Positions 11,817-22,551 of a stretch of 64,000 nucleotides of DNA are shown piece after piece; the stretch's first letter is position 1, and the number at the start of each line of letters is the position of its first letter. The translations under genes were made by a program, and so were the position numbers. Source of the stretch: an uncultured Prevotella sp. (GTDB lineage: Bacteria > Bacteroidota > Bacteroidia > Bacteroidales > Bacteroidaceae). The stretch covers positions 866,263 to 930,262 of the forward strand of contig CAKAIJ010000003.1 of assembly GCA_916440255.1 (NCBI GenBank). The letters are read 5' to 3'. The notes under the pieces were generated by a model that worked only from the letters and a program-made list of their open reading frames with translations, did no database searches and was not told the origin of the DNA.

Positions 11817-13708
11817 TTATTTGTTTTCAGCGTCAATAGCCTTAATTTTCTGTTTCACTTCATCCATATCATCTTTAAGTTTCTGGATGCGTCGATTCAT
11901 TTCGTCAATAAGGCTGTTTCCTTTTTTTGAACTAATACTGAGGAAACCAAGATTATTCTCATAGGTATTTATCTCTTGCTTCAACTGTTCATATCGGCGG
12001 AGTAGACGACCACGTTCGTTGTCAAGTGCATCTACACCACGTTCAGCAACTTTCTTAAGATTATTGCGGAAGTTATCAACACGTTTACGTGCAGCAGAGA
12101 CATGGAGATTCTTATAAATCTTATCTAAGAGGTCGTGATACTCCTTATAGAGTTTGTCTTTCTCTTTATAAGGAACGTGCCCAATCTTATTGTATTCTTC
12201 TGTTAGATTCTGTACCTTTTCCTGGACATTCTCACTTGCTTGTTCAACAAGGTCTTTCAATTGGCTGATGAGCGCACGTTTCTTACTCAGGTTCTCGTTT
12301 TCCTCATTCTTAGAGTCAGCGTGTACGGCATTACGAGCCTCAAAAAAGTGATTACATGCAGCGAGGAAATCATTCCATAGTTGATCTCCAATTTTCTTTG
12401 GAGCCATACCGATAGTCTTCCACTCTTTTTGTAAGGCGATGAGTTTGTCAGAGGTTGTCTTCCAATCTGTTGATTTACTCAGAGCTTGAGCCTTCTCCAC
12501 AAGAATCTTCTTCTTCTCGGCATTTTCTGCAAATTGCTCTTTAAGTTTTTGGAAGAACTCCCCCTTGCGACTAAAGAAATTGTCAGATGCAGCACGGAAA
12601 CGCTCAAAGATCTTCACGTTCATCTTTTGTGGTGCAAAGCCGATAGTCTTCCATTCTTGTTGTAGTGCAATGATTTCTTTTTGTAGACTTTTCCCAGTCA
12701 GCTGATGTTTTATACTCTTCTTTTATGAGTTCTTCAGCTTTTTCACAGAGAAGAGTTTTCCTTGTTAGGTTCTCTTCTTCACGTGTACGGATAGCCTCAA
12801 AGTGCTGTTGGTGACGTTTGTTGATTGTTGTGCTGGCAGCTTTGAAGCGTGTCCAAATTTCTTCGCGAAGTTCTTTGGCAACAGGACCAGTTTCACGATA
12901 TTCTTGATGAAGTTCTTGTAGTTGGTGGAAGGCACTAATAATATCAGCTTCATCTGCTAATTTTTTCGGCAGATTCGCAGAGTTTAGTTTTCTTCTCAAG
13001 ATTTTTCTTAAAGTCATATTCGCGTGCTTCGCGATTGAGGTTTAATAAGTCATAGAATTGCTCAACATAGAGTTGATAGTTACGCCACAGCTCATTTGCC
13101 TTCTCAGCTGGAACCATCTTTATTTCTTTCCACTCGTGTTGAAGTTTCTTGAACTGGTCAAAGTTCTTATTAGCTTCTTCAGGAGTAGTTGTCATCGTTT
13201 TTATTTGTTCGATGATTTCTTCTTTTTCTTGAAATTCTGTTGCTTCTCTTCTTCAAGTGCGAGGAATGCCTTTTTGACGCTTTTTCCTTGATAATTGTCA
13301 TTTCGGCTTTGAAGATTTCTTCGTCCTCGTCAGGTGTGATTTGATATTTTTCGGGGTCGCCACCATTGTCAAGGTAAGCCTTTTGTTGTGCTTCACGTTC
13401 TACGAAATGCAGTTTGTAGAATACTGTTTTGAGATGTTCTACTTCTGTTTTTTCTGGTGTTTCGTCACTATCAACGATAGTTTTTAGTCGTTCAATAATA
13501 TCTTTTTAGAACTATACACCTTTGTTGTAAGATTTGTATCTTCGCTTTCAAATTGTGTTTCAACAGGCTGTTTGATACATTCTTCTGCTGTGTTAGCATT
13601 AGGGCTGTTCACATCAGAGTTCTCTGTTGTAGCGTTGGTTTCAACTTCTTTTGAGAGCTTAACTTCTTCTGTACCCTGGTTTAGGGCTTTCTCTTGAGAG
13701 TCCATCAT
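11817..13708 (-). CDS. DUF349 repeat protein (several frameshifts)
   Basis: Repeated LQ.EWK.IG..P......W..F..A...FF units across ORFs 11817..13741. Confidence 0.85.
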
Positions 13709-13864
13709 TTCACTTTTTGTTTGTGATTTGGGTTTTTCCACATTTAAGGTTTCAGACTATTGCATGGCGCAAGGTAGTCTTCTACCAATAATATATCAAC
13801 TGCAAACTTAGATAAAAAGTTTGAAAGAACCTAATTTTAAGTTGTTTTTTTTATTTTTTCCTTT

Positions 13865-14791
13865 CTAAAGCAGACGTTTACGGCGTAGTATCCACCATGA
13901 TGCAGCAGAAACGACAACAGAGAGAAACATTGCTATGGGAAATCCCCATGTGTTTCTTTCCATTCCATTGATAAGGTTCATACCGAAGAGAGAGGATATA
14001 AGTGTTGGCAACATCATAATGATTGACACTGAGGTAAGCGTACGCATTACGGTGTTCATGTTGTTGTTGATGATGCTTGAATATGTATCCATTGTTGACT
14101 CAAGAATGTCAGAGTAGATACTCGTTGTTTCTCTCGCCTGTGACATCTCAATATTTACGTCTTCAATTAGGTCGGCATCCAACTCGTCGATTTGCAGTTT
14201 GAATTTCAGCTTTGCCAAAAGATTCTCATTGCCACGAATGGATGTGATGAAGTAGGTGAGCGAGTCTTGTAGACGACTTAGTCCAATTAGACTCTCGTTG
14301 TCAACACCTTTATCTAAGTTGCGCTTTGCCTTTTCAATCAAAGTGTTGATTTGCTTCAGTCGTTTCAGATACCAAACAGAAGAAGAAAGGAAGAGTCGGA
14401 AAATCAAGTCTACATAGTCAGTAAAACCCTCATTTCTCTTTTGTTGATAGCTGACGAAGTCGAGCATCATATTTGTTTCAAAGTTGCAAACCGTGATGGT
14501 TACATCTTTCTTGTGAATGATACCTAATGGTACTGTTGTGTAGGGTGTTCGTGAGCGGATTTCCTTCACGTAAGGGATACGGAGGATAATAAGCATCCAG
14601 CCATCGTCATATTCATAGCGTGCCCGCTCATCGGTATCGCTGATGTCCGACAAGAAGTAGTCTGGGATGTGAAAGGTGTCTTCGAGTTCTTGCTGATCTT
14701 GTTCTGTTGGGCAAGTTACTTGTATCCAGCAGTTTGGTTGCCATTCTTTAATTGTATTCAAGCTGCCGTTAATGTTCCAATAAGTCTTCAT
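13865..14791 (-). CDS. corA: CorA-family Mg2+ transporter
   Basis: NNNMN..MRTLT, FGMN signature, two C-terminal TM helices. Confidence 0.93.
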   Translation of the reverse strand: MKTYWNINGSLNTIKEWQPNCWIQVTCPTEQDQQELEDTFHIPDYFLSDISDTDERARYEYDDGWMLIILRIPYVKEIRSRTPYTTVPLGIIHKKDVTITVCNFETNMMLDFVSYQQKRNEGFTDYVDLIFRLFLSSSVWYLKRLKQINTLIEKAKRNLDKGVDNESLIGLSRLQDSLTYFITSIRGNENLLAKLKFKLQIDELDADLIEDVNIEMSQARETTSIYSDILESTMDTYSSIINNNMNTVMRTLTSVSIIMMLPTLISSLFGMNLINGMERNTWGFPIAMFLSVVVSAASWWILRRKRLL

Positions 14792-14856
14792 TAGCTAATC
14801 TCCATAATTAAACAATAGTGTGGGGGATTAGCAACGTCTTGTTGTAATCCTCACGC

Positions 14857-14892
14857 TTACAGATTGAAAATTTCCGCGTGATAATCGTCCAT
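14857..14892 (-). CDS. Candidate leader peptide MDDYHAEIFNL upstream of corA
   Basis: ATG...TAA, 12 codons, between a TAATTTTG promoter element (14922-14929) and a hairpin (14818-14856) ahead of corA. Confidence 0.45.
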   Translation of the reverse strand: MDDYHAEIFNL

Positions 14893-15032
14893 TTAAAAAT
14901 TACGTATTGGTTTTGTGAGTGCAAAATTAGATAAAAAAATCGGTTGTGGCAAGCAAAAGATTAAGTTTTTCGTTGTTCAAAATGGTAATGATAAATTTCT
15001 CTTATACTTTTCCTACTGATGTAATGAGTCCC

Positions 15033-15075
15033 AGCACATGTCGTGCTGATGGTAAGCACGTATGGTGCTGAGCAC
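15033..15075. repeat. GCAC-N5-GTGC palindrome array, 22-bp period (copy 1)
   Basis: AGCAC-atgtc-GTGCT, AGCAC-gtatg-GTGCT. Confidence 0.7.
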
Positions 15076-15113
15076 TTTGTATTATGTTGTAAGTTGTCAG
15101 ACTTGGGATAATG

Positions 15114-16146
15114 TTATGCTTTTGATTTATTTATTTGTCGTGCTACGTTTCTTATCTCTTCTCTTGCTGGTTTACCATTACCTGTTTTGGGAAGGGAGGG
15201 AACGTAGAAGTAGAAGCGAGGTTGCCAGAACTTTGGAAGGAGTTGTTGGCAGAGGTTCTTGGTAGCGTCGATATCGTTTTGTGTAGTCAGTAATACTATG
15301 GCTTCGCCAAAACGTTGGTCGGGACAGCTTGTTATGGCAAAGTCGGTTGTAAGAGAGGATTTTAGTAAGTGTTCTACCTCTTCGATTTGGATTTTGATGC
15401 CGCCTGAATCAATTACATTATCTTTTCGACCGAGTATTCGGAAATATGAAGTATTAAGTCCATTCTCTGTGTTAGAAAGGCGGACTTCAGCTCTATCGTT
15501 GGTTGCTAACGGATGAGAACAAACGGCAGGTGCATCTATTACAAGGCAACCTTCTTCATTGAGCCATACTTTTACACCATCAAAGGGTTTGTACCACTCG
15601 CTGGCATCAGGACCATTCAGTTGTCGGAGGGCAATATGTGAGAGCGTTTCCGTCATCCCGTAGGTACTCCAAACGGCGTTAGGGAAATCCTGTAAAGCAG
15701 CTGACAGTTTATCATCAACAGCACCGCCGCCTATAATAAGATGGTGGATACGGCGCAAGCGCTTCACGCTCTTTAGGTACTTGTAGGGAGTTATAGACCT
15801 GTAATGGTACCATTGCAGCAAAGGTTATTTCTTCGTCTGGATTAGTCACTTCTGACAAGGATTTGTCAGACAGGGGATGTCCTGAGGGTGTAACACTTAA
15901 CAGACATAGGCTTCGTTCGATACTTCTTACTACCATCATCTTTCCTGCAATATACTCGAGTGGCATACATAGGAGGGCTGTGTCGCCAGTTTTCAGGTCA
16001 AGAAAGTCACAAGTTATACGAGCAGAATTGAGCATACGTTGCTTCTCTACCCAGAGAGGTTTCGGTTTACCTGTTGAGCCACTGGTGTGGACAAGGAGTT
16101 CTGGGTTGTCATTACGCCATTCTGAAAGGAAGTCTTGTAGTGTCAT
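15114..16146 (-). CDS. menE: O-succinylbenzoate-CoA ligase (short Bacteroidota type; frameshift near 15765)
   Basis: TSGSTGKPK, YGMTET, GRKDNVIDSGG, LPKTGNGK; position in men cluster. Confidence 0.88.
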
Positions 16147-16211
16147 TGTTGTTTTATTTTATACTATTAGGCTAATTAGACTAATTAGCCTTATTTGTCT
16201 AATAATATTTT

Positions 16212-17249
16212 TTAATCGCTTATCCAAAGTTGGTCACCCCTTATTTCTAATGGCATAGGGATATTATCAGTAAAGAGTTGACCCGTACCTAAACCTTGTG
16301 GTGTCGTGATGTTTGTACCATAGATGTCAGCTGTTAGCTGGGCGATAGCATTCAGTCCGATGTTACTTTCAAGTGCTGAGGTTATCCACGAACCGATGTG
16401 ACGTTCCCGCGCCATTTCAATCCACTCTCTTGTACCAGTTATACCGCCGTGTAGACTCGGTTTAAGAATGATGTATTGTGGGCGAATGGTGTCGAGCAAC
16501 AATGCTTTCTCAGTAGGCTTGTTTATACCGATAAGTTCTTCGTCGAGGGCTATTGGTAAGGGGGTGTTGGCGCATAAGTATGCCATTTCGTGCCACTGCT
16601 TTTGTCGGATAGGCTGTTCTATGGAATGAATGTCGTATTGTGCCAATGCTTCTAATCGTTGTATGGCATCTTCCGGAGCAAACGCGCCGTTCGCATCAAC
16701 ACGTAGTTCAACCTGCTCACGTGTGAAGGATTGACGAATATGACTTATAAGTTCGAGTTCTTTCTCAAAGTCAATAGCACCGATTTTCAGCTTTACACAA
16801 TGAAAACCCGCTTTGAGTTTCGCTTCTAACCGCTGATACATCTCCTCGAAAGTACCCATCCATACGAGTCCGTTGATGGTAATCCCTTCTTCTCCTCGCC
16901 CAAAAGCCGTGTTGAATAGATTGATACTTCCCTTAGCTTTCAGTTGTGCTTTTGCTGTTTCGAGTCCAAAAAGTATTGATGGATAAGGGCGCATGGCATC
17001 AATGTCAATAATCCCTGTGCGGCAGAAGTCATCACAGAAACTGCGGAGTTTCTGCTCATATTCCTCGTCAGACATGGCATCACACGACAGGTCGGGTAGT
17101 GTAGCGCATTCTCCTATTCCCGCTACTTCTGGTTGGTTGCTGTCAGTTAACGTGACGTAATAGCTCTTCCTCGTTGTGTAGACACCACGTGAAGTACCCG
17201 CAGGGAGTAGGAAATGGAGGGTGCGTGAGGAGATGTTTATGTTGTACAT
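16212..17249 (-). CDS. menC: o-Succinylbenzoate synthase
   Basis: Enolase-superfamily KLKIG, RVDANG, IEQP, IALDEE; start assigned at MYNINI (17249). Confidence 0.9.
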   Translation of the reverse strand: MYNINISSRTLHFLLPAGTSRGVYTTRKSYYVTLTDSNQPEVAGIGECATLPDLSCDAMSDEEYEQKLRSFCDDFCRTGIIDIDAMRPYPSILFGLETAKAQLKAKGSINLFNTAFGRGEEGITINGLVWMGTFEEMYQRLEAKLKAGFHCVKLKIGAIDFEKELELISHIRQSFTREQVELRVDANGAFAPEDAIQRLEALAQYDIHSIEQPIRQKQWHEMAYLCANTPLPIALDEELIGINKPTEKALLLDTIRPQYIILKPSLHGGITGTREWIEMARERHIGSWITSALESNIGLNAIAQLTADIYGTNITTPQGLGTGQLFTDNIPMPLEIRGDQLWISD

Positions 17250-17307
17250 TGTAAGTTTTTTGATTAGACATGATAATGTGAGACAATAGAACCGTGTGGG
17301 AATGGAA

Positions 17308-17951
17308 GACATAGTAACAGATGAACATAGTTCTGAAAGTAACATTATCTTTTTGAGATATAGTAACAGAGGGGTACTTTCTTAGGGTAATACGACTCTT
17401 TACAGTTTACGATATATACGATACTTTCGCTTGAATTGAAGTTTATCAGAGCCGAAGTTTATAAGTAACCCATCATCTATTTGTGTTGATGTCAGATAGT
17501 TTACCAGTTGAACTTCATTGGCTATTGATAGATCCTGTGTAGCTTTAAGTTCTAAAATGAGCCTTCCCTCAACAATGATGTCAGTACGATATTCACCGAC
17601 AACAATCCCATCATAGAGTACTTGGATGAGTTTCTCTGTTTCAAAGTTGAGTTTTAGCTTTCGCAGTTCAACAACCATTGCATTCTTATAGACCTTCTCT
17701 AAGAATCCTGGTCCAAGTTGCCGACGTATGCGTTTAGCACATTCTATAACCTCGGTTATTAGGTGATCGGCTGTTATAATATCAGGTTCCTTCATGTTAA
17801 GTTCTTTTGTGTTTTCTCAAAGTATGATTATAAGCATTTGACTCTTTTGTTACTCAGATGCTAAATGTGTTATTAATAGGATAGCTCTTATGTCATCATA
17901 TAATTAGAAGAATATGTTACTATTAGAACAATGTTCATCTGTTACTATGTC
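17308..17951. mobile_element. Inverted-repeat-bounded GxxExxY cassette
   Basis: 38-bp IRs at 17308-17345 and 17914-17951 (35/38 match) enclosing one gene between menB and menC. Confidence 0.55.
17400..17795 (-). CDS. GxxExxY protein (PD-(D/E)XK nuclease fold)
   Basis: LGPGFLEKVY, YRTDIIVEGRLILELKA, QLVNYL, GLLINFG. Confidence 0.92.
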   Translation of the reverse strand: MKEPDIITADHLITEVIECAKRIRRQLGPGFLEKVYKNAMVVELRKLKLNFETEKLIQVLYDGIVVGEYRTDIIVEGRLILELKATQDLSIANEVQLVNYLTSTQIDDGLLINFGSDKLQFKRKYRIYRKL

Positions 17952-17989
17952 CTTAAAGCCCCAATACTTTGTTTCACAGTTCCCCTGTC

Positions 17990-18817
17990 TTATGGGAACT
18001 GTGGATATTTGTCAAAGTCTGGCTTACGTTTTTCGAGGAAAGCTTTACCGCCTTCTTGCGCTTCATCAAGTGTGTAGTAGAGCATTGTGGCGTCTCCAGC
18101 AAGTTCCTGAATACCAGCTTGACCATCAAGTTCGGCATTAAAACCTGCTTTCATCATACGGAGTGCCAGTGGAGAACGTTCTATCATTGTCTCAGCCCAG
18201 TCTATACACTCATCTTCGAGGCGGTCGAAGGGAACCACTTTGTTGACCAGTCCCATTCGTTCTGCTTCATTAGCAGAGTACTGGCGACACAAGAACCATA
18301 TCTCGCGAGCTTTCTTCTGTCCAACGACACGTGCTAAGTAAGAGGCACCGAAGCCGGCATCAAAGGAGCCAACTTTAGGTCCTGTCTGTCCGAAGATGGC
18401 ATTTTCTGATGCAATAGAAAGGTCGCATACTACGTGAAGGACGTGTCCACCACCAATGGCATAACCGTTTACCATTGCGATAACAGGCTTTGGAAGACGA
18501 CGAATCTGCATCTGTAAGTCAAGTACATTGAGGCGTGGAACACCATCGTTACCAATATATCCGCCATGTCCCTTTACGTTCATGTCACCGCCAGAGCAGA
18601 ACGCTTTGTCGCCAGCACCAGTCAGAATGACCACGCGGATATCAAGGGCTTCACGACAGTAGTTGAAGGCCTGTGACATTTCCCACACTGTCTTTGGTGT
18701 GAAGGCGTTGCGGTAGCGTGGACGATTGATTGTTACTTTTGCTATGTGGTTGTACTCTTCAAAGAGGATTTCCTCAAAGTTAAAGCCTTTAATAGGCTTC
18801 CATTCTCTTTTCTCCAT
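17990..18817 (-). CDS. menB: 1,4-dihydroxy-2-naphthoyl-CoA synthase
   Basis: [41 protein letters not shown]. Confidence 0.97.
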   Translation of the reverse strand: MEKREWKPIKGFNFEEILFEEYNHIAKVTINRPRYRNAFTPKTVWEMSQAFNYCREALDIRVVILTGAGDKAFCSGGDMNVKGHGGYIGNDGVPRLNVLDLQMQIRRLPKPVIAMVNGYAIGGGHVLHVVCDLSIASENAIFGQTGPKVGSFDAGFGASYLARVVGQKKAREIWFLCRQYSANEAERMGLVNKVVPFDRLEDECIDWAETMIERSPLALRMMKAGFNAELDGQAGIQELAGDATMLYYTLDEAQEGGKAFLEKRKPDFDKYPQFP

Positions 18818-18895
18818 TGTTTTTTTGTTTTTGATTGATTATAGGACACTACCATGTCTTTCTACAAAAAGAAGATAGGCTATGGTAGGTTGTTT

Positions 18896-20559
18896 TTATT
18901 TAAAAGCTTTATAATAATCCTTTACGGCTTGTGCATCATCCTCAGCATTAGTAAATACTTCCATGAGTACTGGTCCTTCTTCTGAATTAAAGAATTTGTT
19001 AAGGTTCTCATAGAGTTCCTTTTCGTTACGTGCCGATAGATAAACAATGTCGTGCGTCTGGCAGATTCCTTCAGCAGAAGACGTATGTTGTGCGGCAATA
19101 GCATTGTTCCGATAGGGAGAACGTTCCAAACCAGGCAACTGATGGAAGATACCTCCACCGCCATTATTAAGTAAGAGGATAGATAGGTTAGGCGAAAGAG
19201 ATTCGTTCCAAAGTGCATTCTGATCATAGAAGAAACTCAAGTCACCAATGACACAATACACATCTTCCTCTTCTTGTTGTGCAATAGCATAGCCAACAGC
19301 CGTAGATAATGAGCCTTCTATGCCATTCACGCCTCGATTGACATAGATATATTGGTCAGAGAAGATATTACCAAGGCGCACAGCCGAGCTATTCGCATAG
19401 AAGAATTCACCATCAAGAGCTTCTTCTCTCATCTTTTCATGGAAAGCCTTAACAGCCAACATTTGTGAGAAACGTGGTTTGATAGTTTTTCGGATGGCTA
19501 AGGCTTTATCGAAAGCCTTGTTCCATAGCGTTACAAAGTCTTTCTTTTTTACATCTTCGCTCTCATTGGCAAAGACTCCGATAACATCTTCTGGTGTTCC
19601 TTGTATAATGTTCGTGACATGCATAAAAGTATCACAAAACTCCCCGCTCTCGCTCACAACGATGGACATATCACACTTGCACTTGCGTAAGAACTGACGG
19701 AGTTGTTTACTAACAATAGTTCCTCCTATATATATAATGTTGTCAGGGCGATAAGCCTCCTTCTCTCCAATCATCTTCAACACTTCGTCAATGGGCTGTG
19801 CTGGTTTAATGTCGTCATCTGATAGTTTCTCTTGAATAACAACTGCAACCCTTTTCAAAGCATCTATTGCTTCAAGGGAATTACCCACAACCTCAGGTAT
19901 CATCTGTCCAAGAACAACCATCGGCTTCTTGCCACAAAAGAATTTGGCAGCTATTTCATAAACGCAAATGTCATTTGTTGTTGCGGGCAGTAAGGAAATA
20001 TTGCGCTCATCAGGAAGTTGAGGAACATTATATTCAAAGAGGGGTTCGCTGATAGGGATATTGATATGCACCGGACTACCATCGTTTATGTGTACAGCAT
20101 TCAGTGCTTCATTGACTAATCGATTGCAATACCACCGCTCCTCATCGTTGTGTGGCTCTGGTAACGTAACACTCTTGCGAACGTTTGGTTCCAAGGCACG
20201 ATGTTGTTGAATAGTTTGCCCATCTTTTTGATCAATCCACTGTGCTGGTCTGTCGGCTGAATGATAATCAATGGTCGGTTCTGATAATAGGCTTCAGCAA
20301 CTGCAGGAGCTAAATTGAGCAAGGCTGAACCTGATGTGACACAAACGATAACAGGTTCATTGTCAGCCAGTGTCATACCTAATGCTACAAAGCCTGCCGA
20401 CCGTTCATCCGTTACGGGATAGCATTCTATATCAGGACAAGTACAGAGGTTGTGTACGATAGGTGAGTTACGAGAACCTGGGCATACAACGGCTTTCTTG
20501 ATTTGTCCCTTTACGAGTAAGGCTGTGAGGATGTTAACATTTTCTTTGTTGCTGTACAT
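18896..20559 (-). CDS. menD: SEPHCHC synthase (frameshift near 20260)
   Basis: VVCPGSRNSP, DERSAGFVALG, NRGVNGIEGSLSTA, GDLSFFYD, NNGGGGIF. Confidence 0.93.
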
Positions 20560-20629
20560 TGTGGGTGTTGGGTGTTGGGTGTTGATGGTTAGCGATATTG
20601 GACTAATATGCCTAATTGGGTTAATAAGG

Positions 20630-21685
20630 CTAATATGCCTTATCGAGTCTCAATAGCAGTCGCATGGTGTCGAGTTTGGATTCTGTTTCTTGCCATTCAT
20701 TTTCCTCGATACTTTCCTTTAAGAGTCCGCCACCAGCATATAGTCGACAAGTAGAACGGGAGAGGTGCATACAACGGAGGGTAACATAGAGTTTTGCTAC
20801 TCCATTGTCGCCGAGCAATCCACTGAAACCACTATAATAACTACGATTTAGTTGCTCATTATGAAGGATAAACTGCTGTGCTTCACCCTTTGGCATACCG
20901 CATACGGCAGGGGTAGGATGGAAGGCTGTAAGGAATGTTCCAAGTCGCTGTGTATCTTTAAGTTGGAAGGTGAAGTCTGTACGAAGATGTGCCAGATGTG
21001 CTGCACGTGTTGTATAGGGCTTACTCTCTGTAATCTCTGTCGCAAGAGGTTGCAGACAAGTTCGGATATAGTCGGCAACGAGTTTTTGCTCTTCTTGATT
21101 TTTTGTAGACCACTGCATATCCTTTCCTTCATATTTCATCGTTCCTGCCAATGCCATAGTATGGTAGCCATTAGCATCTCCACAGAGTAGAATTTCAGGA
21201 CTTGCAACCAGCCACATCCCTGTTTCTTCGGTATAGAAAAGTGCGATATAAGAGCGAGGATATTTCTCACAAGCCCTGAGAAAAATGTTTCGTGGACTTG
21301 CATTCTCGTCTTTCTGTTCGACAATCGAGCGCGCTAAGACTAATTTGCGGAAGGTGTTACAAGCTAACTCTTTATGAAAACGAAAGAAGTCCTTGTGATA
21401 GATTTCACGAAGAGATGCGGTTTCACCTGCAAGTATGATTTCGTCTTGCCAATCAGGAATAGCCTCAAAGCCTTTACTACCATCTAAGGGTAGCGTAGTT
21501 GTAGATCCCGTCTGTCCATTCAGTAAAAAAAGTTTATTGTTGTCATCGCAGTGGAAGGGTGCAATGACAAATCCCTTGCATCCATTAAGTGCTGTCAGCG
21601 AAGTAATAGCTGTTGGCTTCTCCGATTGTGAATAGCAATGACAAACCTTCTCAAAAGGTTCACGATAGATAAAGAACGAGTTCAT
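20630..21685 (-). CDS. menF: Isochorismate synthase
   Basis: KLVLAR, ASPEIL, ALAGT, HPTPAVCG, LYAGGG. Confidence 0.9.
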   Translation of the reverse strand: MNSFFIYREPFEKVCHCYSQSEKPTAITSLTALNGCKGFVIAPFHCDDNNKLFLLNGQTGSTTTLPLDGSKGFEAIPDWQDEIILAGETASLREIYHKDFFRFHKELACNTFRKLVLARSIVEQKDENASPRNIFLRACEKYPRSYIALFYTEETGMWLVASPEILLCGDANGYHTMALAGTMKYEGKDMQWSTKNQEEQKLVADYIRTCLQPLATEITESKPYTTRAAHLAHLRTDFTFQLKDTQRLGTFLTAFHPTPAVCGMPKGEAQQFILHNEQLNRSYYSGFSGLLGDNGVAKLYVTLRCMHLSRSTCRLYAGGGLLKESIEENEWQETESKLDTMRLLLRLDKAY

Positions 21686-22103
21686 TTACTTCTCTTGTGG
21701 GGTTATGACGTAGTTGGTAACCTGTACGTTTGAGATGAGTTCGTCCTTGCCATTCTTGATGTCAATATTCCAAACGTGCAGCGTATGTCCCTTGTGAATT
21801 AGCTTTCCGTAGGCAGTAACGATTCCACCGTATGGCATTGCTTTGACGTGATTGCCATGTACGTTAATACCCATTGCCATTTTCCCTGGACATAATGCCA
21901 TTGAACCGATACCTGCAAGATTTTTCCGCAAGAGCCAATGATGCCCCGCCAGCAAGGAAGCCAAAAGGTTGTTTGTTACGGTCGTCGACAGCCATTCTTG
22001 CCATCAGCGTATCGTCTTCGGGTGTGGAAATAAACTCCATTCCGAGCGTACGGCTCAGCCCATCTTCCTGTTGTATGCTGCTCAATATATCTTCTATGTT
22101 CAT
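21686..22103 (-). CDS. menI: Hotdog thioesterase, probable DHNA-CoA hydrolase (frameshift near 21922)
   Basis: KQPFGFLAGGASLALAE PaaI motif; first gene of men cluster. Confidence 0.8.
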
Positions 22104-22293
22104 AACCTAATTCAACTTAATGTTATGCAAGATAATAAAAGTTGGATAGATAACAAAATCATAGTAGGTTAATAGGTTGTTAAATCCAATTTGGATTATA
22201 GATAGAGAAATGTTAAGTTGGGTTTCTTTTTAAGCTCAACTATCTGTTAGTAAGCGTCAATGTTTTCATTCTCAATGGGGTGTATTTATGGTC

Positions 22294-22352
22294 CGCACGT
22301 TTGGTGCGAAGCCTCCGCACCATTGGTGCTGTTGGTTAGCACTACTGGTGCT
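22294..22352. repeat. GCAC-N5-GTGC palindrome array, 22-bp period (copy 2)
   Basis: Three units starting 22294, 22316, 22338. Confidence 0.75.
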
Positions 22353-22551
22353 GACGACTAAAGAACTTGTCATACACCTTGGAAATCAGAGCAATTGTTA
22401 GGAAGTAATATTAGTGTTATTATAGTGTTCAACAGTATGATTTGGGTTTAAGGATGTTCTAATGCCATAAAAAAAGGAAAAAGCAGTCATAGTTTGCGAA
22501 TTATTTATTAAATTTGCAAACTATAAGAATATATTCGATTTAATTATAAAT

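Noticed and set aside
17250..17345. N-terminal extension of menC, and look-alike ORF 17914..18141 (MLL.E.CSSVTMS)
   Set aside because: Both are translations of the 38-bp inverted repeat, not protein homology
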